A stretch of 64,000 bases of DNA. It comes from Pirellulales bacterium. Lineage in GTDB: Bacteria; Planctomycetota; Planctomycetia; Pirellulales; PALSA-1355. The stretch is from assembly GCA_963733035.1 (NCBI GenBank), contig CAVTBU010000009.1, positions 64,001 through 128,000 of the forward strand. The letters run 5' to 3'. The translations under genes and the position numbers were made by a program. Positions 10,030 through 21,402 of this stretch are shown here, piece after piece. Position 1 is the first letter of the stretch. Every line of letters begins with the position of its first letter. The notes under the pieces were generated by a model, which saw only the letters and a list, made by a program, of their open reading frames with translations, was not told where the DNA came from and did no database searches.

Positions 10030-11436
10030 TCAGAGCGTCTTGAGATACTCCAAGACCGCACGCTTCTCGGTGAGGTCAAGCTGGTCGGGAAACTCGTGAC
10101 CGGCGGCACTCTTGCCCGGAATACCAGAATCGAAATACCGTCGTTTTTCTTCGGCGTCTTGGGCTGACTCGGGCAGCTTGTCGAACGTGGCAATTTCCAG
10201 CCCAACGTGTTCGCGGTCGTAGCCGTCTTCACTGCGCTGCCACACTGCCGGACGTTTGGCAGGATTCAACACGTGCCACAGTGTGGGCACGGACCCATTG
10301 TGGAAATACGGTGCGCTGGCCCAAACACCGTGAAGTGGCGGAGCAACGTACCCTGCGGGCTCTTCGACGACGTCGAGCTTCCCATATTCGCCGAACCAAC
10401 TTTCCTTGTAAAACCGTCGATGCTCGGCCGGCATGCCGATCAATCGCATCTTGTCCGTACCGACAACGTCAATTGGAACCGTCTTCTCAGGATACTCTGC
10501 CTGTGGACCATAGGTTCCATGACAATCGGCGCACACGCGTTCGAACGCCAGGCGCCCCTTGTTTGCCAGAGACTCGTTCACCTCCCAGGGGAACTTCGGC
10601 GCCTCGAGCGATTCGATCCAGGCCAGGATATCGCGAAAACCGTCTTCGCGCTCCTTGAACGATTCGGCGCTGTTGGTTGGTACCAATGCGAATTGCATGA
10701 TCACCCGATGCGTCTTGGGGACAAAGCCGTCGATATACAGGTTCTGCTTGTACTTGACGTTCCAGAACGGCGGGGCGTCGAGGTCGTGATTGCGAAACTT
10801 GGGAAACCGCGGTTGCTTGAGTAGGTTCAGATCTTTATCTCGCAAAGCCGTCAGCACCACGCTAAACACCTGGGCGTTCGTCGTGCCGTTCGAAAGGCCC
10901 AGCGGAATCAGGCCCAGACCGGTCGAGCCCTTTCCCTCAATCGCTCGGCGGGCCTTGTTCACATCGGAAGTCAGCGTCTGAAAGGCGAAGTGGGAGTTCG
11001 GCACACCCCAGATCGCTTGACCGGCGACTTTGCCCTGATGGCATCCCAAACAGTTCATCGACCAGCCACCTTGCCCGTCGTCGACGACTCCCAACGGCGG
11101 GCCATCGGGGTTCTGTGGATCGGCCACCAGCCCGTAGCGCGAAAATGCCATTTTGCGGCGCTCGGCTGGCGAGACTTTCTCGGCCTGCCATTTGAGTTCG
11201 TCAGGCCAGAATTCCCATAGTCGATCGAACAGTTCGACGTTGAACTCGGCGGGTGCATAGGCCTCGTGGCGAAGTCGATAGATTCCGCGCTCGGCGGCGG
11301 TGGCGCTCGGGGGCAAGTCGGCCGTGGCGGCATCCCCGGCCATCACAAAGCGCTCGGTCAAAAGCGTGCAGGTCGCAAGCGCCAGAGCGACCAAGCCCGC
11401 TGAGGAGGGAACTCGACGACCAAAGCAACGTGACAT
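10030..11436 (-). CDS. Di-haem c-type cytochrome (RoxA/peroxidase-like)
   Basis: CLGCH and CADCH; YVAPPLHGVWASAPYFHNGSVPTL; GHEF..LEYLKTL C-terminus; signal-like N-terminus. Confidence 0.82.
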   Translation of the reverse strand: MSRCFGRRVPSSAGLVALALATCTLLTERFVMAGDAATADLPPSATAAERGIYRLRHEAYAPAEFNVELFDRLWEFWPDELKWQAEKVSPAERRKMAFSRYGLVADPQNPDGPPLGVVDDGQGGWSMNCLGCHQGKVAGQAIWGVPNSHFAFQTLTSDVNKARRAIEGKGSTGLGLIPLGLSNGTTNAQVFSVVLTALRDKDLNLLKQPRFPKFRNHDLDAPPFWNVKYKQNLYIDGFVPKTHRVIMQFALVPTNSAESFKEREDGFRDILAWIESLEAPKFPWEVNESLANKGRLAFERVCADCHGTYGPQAEYPEKTVPIDVVGTDKMRLIGMPAEHRRFYKESWFGEYGKLDVVEEPAGYVAPPLHGVWASAPYFHNGSVPTLWHVLNPAKRPAVWQRSEDGYDREHVGLEIATFDKLPESAQDAEEKRRYFDSGIPGKSAAGHEFPDQLDLTEKRAVLEYLKTL

Positions 11437-12075
11437 GAGCCCCACCCCCTGCATGCGTATGTCGAATGAGAATGGAAACGCAGACCAGCGGCCACTGGTC
11501 CCGGCGACAGGGCCATTGTAATCGCGGCCAGACGATTGCGCCCCGTCTTTGCCCAAAGCACGCCATTTAATATCAGTGGCTCGGTTCGGATTTTTGAGAT
11601 TTGTCGACGGTCCAACATTGTTCGGCCTTGAAAATGGCAACGCTTCATTTCCATGGGACACCGAAAAACCCCCGACCAACTTCGACCTAGTCTCCGCAGT
11701 TTACCTTCTTTGAGCATCAGCCGATCGTCCCCGCGATCCAAACAGAATCCATCGAGCCTAGGATACCGAAAGGGGTGGCTCGACTTCAAACGGGGAAACG
11801 TGGGGAAGGATTTGGCCCGAAGAACAAGGTACAAGCGAAGCTCCGATGAGCTTGTGTCGGCGGTAGTTCTTGCTTGCGGCCATCGGAGCGAAAATCAACG
11901 CAAAATCGCACCTAGGAAAGGCCGCGGTACAATGCCCGAGAGCACACGCTAATTGTCGAAGCCCATTGACGGTCGGCCGTCTGGCTGACGGCAACGACAA
12001 CGACCGCCAAGACGCATGTAGCAACTCGGTTCTTTTGTATGCCAGCTCTCCACCAAAGTTACTTCCAGGTGAACC

Positions 12076-12492
12076 GTGTCCGATGAACAGCCGGCCGATC
12101 TGTCGCCACTCCCGGGCAGGCCTGATCCGTTTCGGCGTCTGATGATGCTCGGGATGTTATGCGGGGCATTGAGCGGCGTGATTGGCGGCGTGCTTCGCGC
12201 CGAAGATCCGCCAGAGGTGCCGCAGCCGCAGGAAAGCGAGTCGCGCTACGGCATTCCCATGCACACGGTGGTTCGCGCGGCGATTGGGGCAGGCGTCGGC
12301 GTGGTGCTGGGGGCGATCGCCGGCGCAACGGCGATTTGCCCGGCTTCAAGAAGCGCGCTGGTTGGGCTATCGGCCGGTCTCATCGGCGGGGCGCTCGGAG
12401 ATCTACTGGGAAACTACGGGCTGCCGTGGGCCTTGGTTGGCGGAATGGCCGGCGGAGCATTCAGCGCCTTCGGCTGGTCGAACGACCGGTAG
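12076..12492 (+). CDS. Glycine-zipper-like membrane protein, unknown function
   Basis: Several GxxxG-rich hydrophobic segments; occupies an otherwise empty interval. Confidence 0.6.
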   Translation: MSDEQPADLSPLPGRPDPFRRLMMLGMLCGALSGVIGGVLRAEDPPEVPQPQESESRYGIPMHTVVRAAIGAGVGVVLGAIAGATAICPASRSALVGLSAGLIGGALGDLLGNYGLPWALVGGMAGGAFSAFGWSNDR

Positions 12493-12637
12493 ATCTGGCG
12501 GAACCGACGGAACGGAAGGCGGCGCGGCGGACTGAGATGCCATCGATTGCTCGCTTCGACATCGTTCGACGCAAAGAAGTGGTTGGGGACGCACGCGGCC
12601 CTCCGTGGGGCAAATGAATACCGACATTACTAGCCGG

Positions 12638-15326
12638 CTACTGGTTGTCTCGCTTGTACATCGCCAGTAGCCCGACGGCCAGCAGGGCCAGCACGGCCGA
12701 CGAGGGCTCGGGCACGGAATAGTTGAGCTGGAGACTGTTGCCGACCTGGCTGACGTAGAAAGTTCCGCCGAAGGGATTGGAGAAGGCCGATGTGTCGACC
12801 GTAAAATGAACCGGGTCGAAGTAAGTGATTCCGCTGCCGGCGGTCAGGAAGGTCCAGTGATAGTCATGTTCGGGATTGAAATCGAAGACGTTGCCCGGTT
12901 CATCCGTTTGGGTCAGTGAGACCAAGTCGATCGTCATGGCGCCGGATACAAACGCCTGACCTTGGCTCATGAGCAGGTTCCATCCGCGTGGCAAGCCGGC
13001 AATACCACCGGCACTATTGATTTCGAACCGATAAGCGCCGTTGTGAAAATTAAGTGCCGCAACCGTCAGCGTACCAGGGGAATCGCCCGGCGAGAGAATG
13101 CCGCCGGTTTGACCAAGCTGGCCCGTAATAATGCCCGATCCGGAGAGAACTCCGTCACTCAATGAGACATAGCCATTGATCAAACCGTCATTAGTCAGGC
13201 TGCCGTCATTGTAGACGTCACTATTAAGCGCTCCGTACAGTTGAACATCGACGGTGCCCCCCGAGTAGTTTTCGACGACGCCGCTTGTGAGCGAAAGAAC
13301 TGCGCCATTCCCAATGGTCAAAGAACCCGTGCTTCCGTGGTGTCCCACTTCGACTTGGCCTTGGCTTATCCACTGTGAATTGTTCCCGTCGATCGTCACG
13401 GTTCCCAAGCCACCACTGCCATCGCCGATGAAAGTATCTTGACTGCTGTTCCAAGTGGCGCCATTGGCAACGAGCAGAGCGCCGAAGGTTTGGTAGCCGA
13501 TCTGCGCGTCAAATAGGGTTGTAAGGTGAGTGCCGGGACCGGACACAGCCATCGTTCCAGTGCCACTGGGCGGCGATACCTGGTCAGAATTGTAGCCAAG
13601 GCGGAGATGGCCGCTGGAGATCGAAGCGCCGCCAGTGGCGACGAATGCACCGGTGCCATTTTGGCCCACGGTAATATTGCCACCCACTAGGGAACCGGAG
13701 CCGTCGACGGTGACCACTCCCTGGGAACCGGCATCCTTTGCGACGTATAAATCGTACGCGCCCAGTTGGCCTCCCTGACTTATCGAAACCTGGCCTGTGC
13801 CGGCCTGGCCAACGGTGATGCCATAGGGTGTCGAGAGTTTTGAGTCGGTGCCGGAGATGATCACGATTCCAGAGCCGCCCTGATTCTGGCCGACGATCAC
13901 CGGATTGCGGACGGTTCCCGTTCCGCCGCCGGTGAGACGCAGCGTCCCGACTCCTGAGGCGCCGAATAGTGAGGTCTTCGAGCGTGAATTGGGAGTTGGC
14001 TCCGTCGACCGCAATCTGCCCGAGAGAACCGGTGTTTTGCCCAGCCACCACAGGAGCGGAAGAGGTGGCGGCACCACCCGTGGTGACGGCCAGCAAGCCG
14101 ATCCCGCTCTGGCCCACCGTGAGGCCGTAAACTGACAACTTTGAGCCACTTCCATCGATCGTGACCATACCTGGCGAGCCTGCGCCCGCACCAACTATGG
14201 TTGCGCCACCGATCGCTGCCGTACCCGCGCCCTTGACTTGCAATGTTCCGGTACCAAGATTTCCGACCGTCATTCCGTGCACGTCTAGAGTCGCGTCGTC
14301 TACAGTAATCTCCCCGTGCGATCCGGCATTTTGGGCGACTAACAGCGGAGCGCCGCTGGTAACCTCTCCGCCACTAGTGATGCTAAGCGATCCGGTACCG
14401 CTCTGCCCCACGGTAACGAGGTTTTGGAGCGACACCTTCGAGCCGCCTCCATCAACGGCGATCACGCCAGAGGAACCAGCGTCCTTGCCAACCACAGCCG
14501 CAGCCGCGATAGTTGCCGATCCGGCGGTGCTTATTTCTAGGCTTCCTTGTCCTCCAGCATCAGTTCCAATAGCGAAAGCGCCTTGGTAGTCCAGCAGATC
14601 GGCGTGGCCTCCGTTGCGGACCGAGAAAGTCCCTTGGCCGGCGGCCCCCACCACGAGAGACCAGGGCTGAGAACCAGTGGGCATCTGAAACGAAGAACCG
14701 GCACCATCAACGGTAACGCTGCCAACTGAGCCGGAGTCCGCGCCAACGGTCACAAACCCTTCAAGTTCAGTCGTCGCGTGGTTCGAGATGGAAAGCGAGC
14801 CTTGGCCTGCTCCACCGATTGTCGCGGAAGTCATGTCGTAGGCATTTGCGTGCGGTACAAGATGTGCATATAGTCCGTCCAGGCCGATACTTCCCTGCGA
14901 CCCAGCGTCCTGGCCAACCATCAACTCTCCGGTGACGTAAGAAGTGCCGCCGAGCGACAGCGAACCGTTGCCTTGCTGGCCCACGGTGAGCCCCGACCCA
15001 AGCACAAAGAAGTTTCCTCCACTGACGGTGCCGTGCGACATCGAGTCTTGCGCGATGATCATGCTGTCGGTTGTTATTCCAGACAAGTCCACGGTGTCAT
15101 TGTTGACAATGAGTTGGCTGACCGAGCCTCCGGCGAAAACAGAGTAACCCGATGAATCCAGATTGAAGATCGCCGTGTCCATCGCGCCGGGTGGACCAGC
15201 CGGATCCCAATTGTCGGCCGTGAAAAAAAACCCAGAGACGGGTGACTTCCAATTGAAATCAGCCGCCAATACGCTTGATTGCCAGCAGCAAAGAAAGGCG
15301 GCAAGAATCCGAACAATGATCTGCAT
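12638..15326 (-). CDS. PEP-CTERM surface protein with T5SS/PEP-CTERM-associated beta repeats, copy A (about 895 aa; +1 frameshift near 13965)
   Basis: Signal peptide then AADFNWK; repeats VGxxGxGxLxxxxGG/GSxGxxxVDGxGS; SPGDSPGTL; VPEPSS + TM; two ORFs join at EDLTI/GASGVG. Confidence 0.88.
12662..12779. repeat. Direct repeat copy 1 (PEP-CTERM anchor cassette)
   Basis: 118 bp identical to 15407-15524 by direct comparison. Confidence 0.95.
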
Positions 15327-15342
15327 CTAAGTTCGCTCTCGC

Positions 15343-15524
15343 TGGTAGGGTTTCAACATGGATGATCACAGCAGTTTTGGGGTCAACGCGCTCGACGTCT
15401 GCGAAACGCCAGTAGCCCGACGGCCAGCAGGGCCAGCACGGCCGACGAGGGCTCGGGCACGGAATAGTTGAGCTGGAGACTGTTGCCGACCTGGCTGACG
15501 TAGAAAGTTCCGCCGAAGGGATTG
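15343..15524. repeat. Direct repeat copy 2 (spacer + anchor cassette)
   Basis: 15407-15524 identical to copy 1; 15343-15505 matches 17911-18073 with 4 mismatches. Confidence 0.95.
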
Positions 15525-17894
15525 TGAAAGCCGGACGTGTCGATTGCGAAGTGTGCCGGGTCGAATTGCGAGATGCCGGCGTTAGTGGTCAGGAAGGTCC
15601 AGTGGTAGTCGTGGGCCGGATTGAAGTCGAACAGGTCTCCGCGAACGTTCGACTGATTCAAAGAGATCACGTCGAGAGTTATGAAGTCGGAAAGACTCGC
15701 CGTCGACTGGCTGTCGAGCAGACTCCAACCGGTGGGATGGCCGGCTGTACCACCGGCGCTGTTGATTTCAAACTGCAGCGCGCCACCGTAGAGATTGGCC
15801 TGGCCGACGGTGAGCGTCCCTGGGGAGTCACCCGGAGATACCATGCCGGCATATTGAAGCAACGGCCCGTTAATGGTTCCTGTGCCGGTTATGGTGCCTT
15901 CGTTGGCAACCATCCCGTTGATCAGACCGTCGTTGGCAATATCGCCATAGTTGATGATCTGGTATGCGGACAGCGTGCCGTTTTGGATGGTGAGGCTACT
16001 TCCCTTGCCGATCGACGCAATGCCGTGCAGATCCGTGACCTGACCGCCGTCCTTGATTGTCAAAGTACCGATGCCGTGGTTTCCGACGTACAAATTGGAA
16101 GCAACCGACAAGTTTGATCCGGTTCCGCTGATCGTGGCACCCCCGACCGCGCCCGGGGAATCGCCGAGCACGACATTGACACTGTTGACGGTGCCGCCCG
16201 AACCTACATCCAGGGCTCCCGTGCCGCGCTCGCCGACCCGCACGAAGCCGTTGGTGACCGCCACGAGAGATCCCTGGCCGCTCACGGAAATGGCGCCGTG
16301 CGAGCCAGCGTTCGCACCGACAGTGAGATTGGTATGATCCCCGACCAGCGCGCCTGCGCCGGTGACGGAGACTTGCCCCGTACCGTCGTTGCCAACGGTG
16401 AAGTTACTGGAAGAAGAGAGTCGCGAACCCGCGCCGTCGATCGCGACGTTTCCGGATGAACCCGCGTCGCGACCGACCGTGACCGTAGAGCTCGGGCTGA
16501 CGACGGCGCCGCCAGTGACGTTGAAGTTTCCACTACCGCCGGCTGCAACGGCAAGTGTCGTGGCAAATAAATTCGTACCAACTCCGTCGACGTTTATCGT
16601 GCCGAGCGAGCCGGCGTTTTGGCCGACGATAACGGGACTTGCCACGTAGGCCGCGGCTTTGTTGCTGACCGTAAACGTGCCCGCGCCACTCGAGGCCACG
16701 GTTAGTCCCGAGATTTCCTCGCCACCGGCTCCGTAGGAGGCCAACACGGAGTTGGGACCGGTGAGGGTGAAACTTCCTTGCCCGCCGGCGTCGCGGCCCA
16801 CGATGACCTGCGCGCCGAGCAGAGCCTGCGCGCCACCACTTACCGTCATGGCGCCCTGCCCGCCGCCGCCGACGGTAAGCGCAAGATGTCCGCCCGGGCC
16901 GTATCCCGGCAGCAGGGTGGAGTGCTGGCCACTGATGTTCATCATTCCCTGCGCCGGCGTTTTGACCCAACACTAGAGGGCCGGAGAGCTCTGCGGTTGC
17001 TCCGTTGGCGATCGAGAAGGAACCCTGACCAAAGTTCCCGACGGTCACGGACCCAATGCCCGAGCCCCTGGGACCGAGCTCTGATCCACTGCCGTCGACG
17101 GTGATCATTCCCTGCGAGCCGGCGTTTTGACCGACTACCAAGGGACCGGTCAGCAAGGCACTTGATCCGCGGCTGATCGCCAGCGAGCCTTGGCCCGAGT
17201 TGCCCACCGTGGCGGAGGTCATCGTTGCGCCGCCATAACCCGGCGAGGCAAGCGTCGACTGACCGTCGACGGTGACGGTCCCCCGCGAGCCGGCCTCTTT
17301 GGCGATCATCAGAGGTCCAGCCAGGTACGCCCTGCCATTCGAGGAAATTGCAAGCGTTCCCTGGCCCGAGCCGCCAACCGTCGCGGAGGTCATTTCATAG
17401 GAACCGAAGCCGGGCGACTCGAGGGTGCTGTCGTCGACGCTGATGATGCCCAACGAAGCGGTATCCTGCCCCATAGTCAAATTGCCGGCAATGTCTGCGC
17501 TCGCACCGGGGCCGAGCATTAGCGAGCCATTGCCGCTCTGGCCGACGGTGAGTCCCGTGCCGAGCACCGACAGATCGGTTGCCGTGACAACGGCGCTGGA
17601 CGCCGGACCTTCGCCGATGGTGGCACTGCCGGTCGTGATATCAGCATTCAAGTTGACGACGTCGTTGTTGACGGTCAGCTGCAGGATGTTCCCCCCGCCG
17701 AAAACGGTGTATCCGGCCGAACTGAGATCAAAGATGGCGGAATCGTTGACACCGGGAATACCGCTCGGCTGCCAACTGATCGGCGCGCTGAATAGACCGG
17801 AGACGGGTGCCTTCCAATTGAAATCAGCGGCAAAGGCACGCGTGTTTGCCACTAGCAAGGAAAGCCCGATAAGAATCCGAATGCTGGTGTGCAT
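15383..17894 (-). CDS. PEP-CTERM beta-repeat surface protein, copy B (about 837 aa; frameshift near 16953)
   Basis: MHTSIRIL signal, AADFNWK, same repeats, VPEPSS-TM-RRRRAR; the internal sister repeat at about 17104-17131 shows 2 nt missing at the break. Confidence 0.88.
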
Positions 17895-17910
17895 ATAAAG
17901 TCGCCCTCGT

Positions 17911-18073
17911 TGGTAGGGTTTCAACATGGATGATCGCAGCAGTTTTGGGGTCAACGCGCTCGACGTCTGCGAAACGCCAGCAGCCCGACGGCCAGCAGGG
18001 CCAGCACGGCCGACGAGGGCTCGGGCACGGAGTAATTGAGCTGGAGACTGTTGCCGACCTGGCTGACGTAGAA
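17911..18073. repeat. Direct repeat copy 3 (spacer + anchor cassette)
   Basis: 163 bp, 4 mismatches to copy 2 (1 intergenic, 3 synonymous). Confidence 0.93.
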
Positions 18074-20929
18074 TTGTCCGCTATAGGGATTGAAGAAACC
18101 CGAGGTGTCGATCGTGACGGCGACGGGCATGAAGTGCGTGATGCCGGCGCCGGCGGTCAGGAACGTCCAGTGGTAACTCTGCGCCGGATTGAAATCGACG
18201 AGACTCCCTAGATCGTTGGCTGGCGTTAGCGAAACGAGATCCAAGGTCATGATGCCATACATTGACGCCGCGCCCTGGCAGGCGAGCAGATCCCAGCCGA
18301 CCGGTCCGCCGGCGGTGCCACCGGCGCTATTGATTTCGAGACGAAAGATGCCGCTTTGGAAATCAAGGGCGCCCGCGGTGAGGATTCCCGGAGAATTACC
18401 CGGAGAGACAGTGCCTCCGTGTTGTGTCAGCGTGCCGGCAATGGTGCCCGTTCCGGAAAGCACCCCCGCATCGTTTTTTACATTGCCGTTGATGAGACCG
18501 TTGTCGATCAAGTTGCCATAGTTAGTAACGAAGGTAGCGAGCGTGCCATTCTCTATATCGACCAAACTCGATGACTCATTGATCAGCGCGTTGGACGCCG
18601 AGACATACCCACCGCCGCTGACGGTCAAGGATCCCTGGCCGCCGTTGTTTCCAAGGTAAATACTCTGGTTGGATTTCCAGACCGAATCGACGCCATTGAC
18701 CGCGACCGAGCCGATGCCGCCGCCGTAGTTGCCGACATAAACACTGTCGGTCGTCCACGAGGCGCCGCCGGTAATTGAAACCGAGCCGGTCGTTCGATTG
18801 CCGATGATCGAAGCACTCGTGCCTCCCGAGACGGCCATGCTGGTATGCGCGCCGTCGAGGTGTAGCGCTCCGACGCCGCCCGACGAGGAATCGGTGTAGC
18901 CGACGTAGACTGGGCCGCTGTCGATGACAGCTCCATCCGTGGCGTTCAGGGTGCCCGTGCCGTGCTGGCCAATGATCATCGTCGTGGCCATGGGCACGGA
19001 AACATTGCCGTGCACAGACAGATTCGAGAAGCGGCCGCTGACGGTGACGGTTCCCTGCGAACCGGTCTGGTCGCCGACGATCATGGCAAAGTTTTGGCCG
19101 GCGAACGAACCTCGGTTGGTAATCGTTAGCTGCCCGACGCCCTCTTGTCCGACGGTAATGGTTCCGGCCGAAGTCCCGGTCGACATTGTCGAAACCGGCC
19201 CGTCGATATGGATGTTGCCGAACGAACCGGGATCCGAACCAATAGCCGCTGAGTCGGTGAAATTGGCCGTGCCGCCGTTGGTGACGCTCAGCGTTCCCAA
19301 GCCAGCGCCGCCGACGGTGAGACTCGAAAACGAGATCTGCGAATTGGGTCCATCCACGGAAACGTGGCCTTGCGATCCGCCGACAGTCGCCACGACCAAG
19401 TGCCCAGAACTCGTCGCGGCGCCACCACCGTTTACGTTAAAAGTTCCGCTGCCGCCTTGGCCCACAACCAGGCCGCCAAGCGACATTTGCGAACCTATGC
19501 CGCTGACGGTGAGCAGGCCGGATGAACCTGGGCTGTAGCCGATCGCAGATGACATTGGGAAGAAGGCGTTTGCCTTGGCTCCTCCGGTAACCGACATAAA
19601 CCCGGAGCCCGAACCGCCCAAGAGCAAGTTGCCGACGGTTAACTGCGTGCCAATACCGTCGACCATCACGCTGCCGCTGGCTCCAGTCGATTGCCCTACC
19701 AACATTCCAGCGGACGTGAGGTCTGCGATGGCGCCTCCACCGAGGAAAAACGTACCGGTGCCACTGGCGCCAACTGTCATGCCAGTGATCTCCTGGTTAC
19801 CATATCCAGCGGATTGCAGTTTTGAACCGACTCCGCTGACGGTCAGACTGCCGTGTGCGCCACTTGTGTCGCCCAAGACGATGGGGCCACCCAACTTGGC
19901 CGTCGCACCGCCAGTGACCGACATGGCTCCCTGACCGCTCGCACCCAAGGTTAGCGACACTCGGCCTGCCGAACCGTAACCTGCCGGCTCCAAAAGTGAA
20001 TTGGCCCCATCGACCATGATGCTGCCCTGCGCGCCGACGTCCTGGCCAACGACAAGTGGCCCTGCCAAGACAGCTTTGCCGCCGGAGGTTACCGAGAGAG
20101 CCCCCTGACCGGCGCCACCGATCGTCATCGAGGTCATGACAAAGCTGCCGTATCCCGGAGTCTCGAGCACGGAGCCGGCACCGCCGATGCTGATGCCGCC
20201 TTGCGAGCCGATCTCTTGGCCGACCATTACCGCCCCAGCAATGTCGGCCTTTGCGCCACCAGAGATTGCGAGCGAGCCGTTGCCACCCTGGCCCACGGTG
20301 AGCCCCGAGCCAAGCGTGGTGAGCATGCCGTGGTTGCCACTGACGTTCAGCGTGCCTTGCGACTGCGCGTCGCGCGCGACGATGGTTGCGCCTTGCGTGT
20401 TTACCGTGCCGGAATTCACCAGGAGAGTACCCGTACCACTGGCGCCGACCACAATTTCACCTGGAGGGAGGGGTGGAAGAATCTGTACGTCCGTTCTCAA
20501 TTCCGCTGTAGAGTCGACCGTAACCGTCGCCTGGGCACCTGCGTGGTCGCCAATCCAGATGTTGCTGGCCCTTAACGTTGCGAAATCGAGCGTAAGGTTG
20601 GCAGTGTCGCCCGATTGAAGGCCCAGATCGAATCCTGGCAGGACCGGGTCGACTGAACTGTAAGATCCGCCAAACAGCGTGAGTGTGTCATTGCCGACCT
20701 TGATTTGATCCACATAGACTGGTGCGCCACCGGAAACTTCATAGCCGGCCGAACCGAGATCAAAAATGGCCGTGTCGCTCAGTCCCGGAGGACCCGACGG
20801 CTGCCAATTGGTTGCCGTGCTGAACTGACCGGAGACGGCCGATTTCCAATTGAAATCGGCGGCTTCCGCGCGGAAACAGTGAAGAGGTAGTAGTAAGATT
20901 GCGACGGTGACGCGTAAGATGGCGTTCAT
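17951..20929 (-). CDS. PEP-CTERM beta-repeat surface protein, copy C (intact, 992 aa)
   Basis: MNAILRV signal, AADFNWK, repeats, SPGNSPG, VPEPSS-TM-RRRRAR in one ORF. Confidence 0.92.
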   Translation of the reverse strand: MNAILRVTVAILLLPLHCFRAEAADFNWKSAVSGQFSTATNWQPSGPPGLSDTAIFDLGSAGYEVSGGAPVYVDQIKVGNDTLTLFGGSYSSVDPVLPGFDLGLQSGDTANLTLDFATLRASNIWIGDHAGAQATVTVDSTAELRTDVQILPPLPPGEIVVGASGTGTLLVNSGTVNTQGATIVARDAQSQGTLNVSGNHGMLTTLGSGLTVGQGGNGSLAISGGAKADIAGAVMVGQEIGSQGGISIGGAGSVLETPGYGSFVMTSMTIGGAGQGALSVTSGGKAVLAGPLVVGQDVGAQGSIMVDGANSLLEPAGYGSAGRVSLTLGASGQGAMSVTGGATAKLGGPIVLGDTSGAHGSLTVSGVGSKLQSAGYGNQEITGMTVGASGTGTFFLGGGAIADLTSAGMLVGQSTGASGSVMVDGIGTQLTVGNLLLGGSGSGFMSVTGGAKANAFFPMSSAIGYSPGSSGLLTVSGIGSQMSLGGLVVGQGGSGTFNVNGGGAATSSGHLVVATVGGSQGHVSVDGPNSQISFSSLTVGGAGLGTLSVTNGGTANFTDSAAIGSDPGSFGNIHIDGPVSTMSTGTSAGTITVGQEGVGQLTITNRGSFAGQNFAMIVGDQTGSQGTVTVSGRFSNLSVHGNVSVPMATTMIIGQHGTGTLNATDGAVIDSGPVYVGYTDSSSGGVGALHLDGAHTSMAVSGGTSASIIGNRTTGSVSITGGASWTTDSVYVGNYGGGIGSVAVNGVDSVWKSNQSIYLGNNGGQGSLTVSGGGYVSASNALINESSSLVDIENGTLATFVTNYGNLIDNGLINGNVKNDAGVLSGTGTIAGTLTQHGGTVSPGNSPGILTAGALDFQSGIFRLEINSAGGTAGGPVGWDLLACQGAASMYGIMTLDLVSLTPANDLGSLVDFNPAQSYHWTFLTAGAGITHFMPVAVTIDTSGFFNPYSGQFYVSQVGNSLQLNYSVPEPSSAVLALLAVGLLAFRRRRAR

Positions 20930-21361
20930 GATGGCATTTCTCAGATTGACTGTTCCTGGCTCAAATTTGGAATTCGAACGGGAATTCCAAAGTGCCTTTC
21001 GGCAGATCGGGTGGAAGAGCAGTGAGTCTGCGAACGGTCGGTTGGATGTCGACACGAGGCCGCAGATGCGTGGAAGCGCAGCGCCTAAGGCGTAGTTAGC
21101 CGCACGAAGTTGTCGAGGGGGGACCACAGCCGAGGGGCCAAGCGGACCTCAAGCGTCCGTCGGCGGCAAATGCGATCTAATCGCCCGCCAGGTATCTTGA
21201 GGTGAGGAACACGCAACGGCAGAAGTGCAGGCTGGTCCACGAGCGGTGCGCACACCGTCTGCGGCGCCAAAGTCACTGCATGTTGCGTTTCATGAGCATC
21301 TCCCCATGCATCGGCGAGAGTATGTCGCGGTAGTGAGTGCGGTTCCACCCACGATGGTCGG

Positions 21362-21389
21362 ATTGTATTCCGGCAAAGGGGGGACTCAA
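21362..21389 (-). promoter_or_regulatory. Candidate sigma70 promoter for the PEP-CTERM array
   Basis: Minus strand TTGAGT-N16-TACAAT. Confidence 0.5.
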
Positions 21390-21402
21390 GAGAATTCCGA
21401 GC

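Noticed and set aside
12662..18073. Repeats as DGR template/variable regions, CRISPR or IS ends
   Set aside because: No reverse transcriptase, cas or transposase in the window; mismatches are few and synonymous; repeats are kilobases apart
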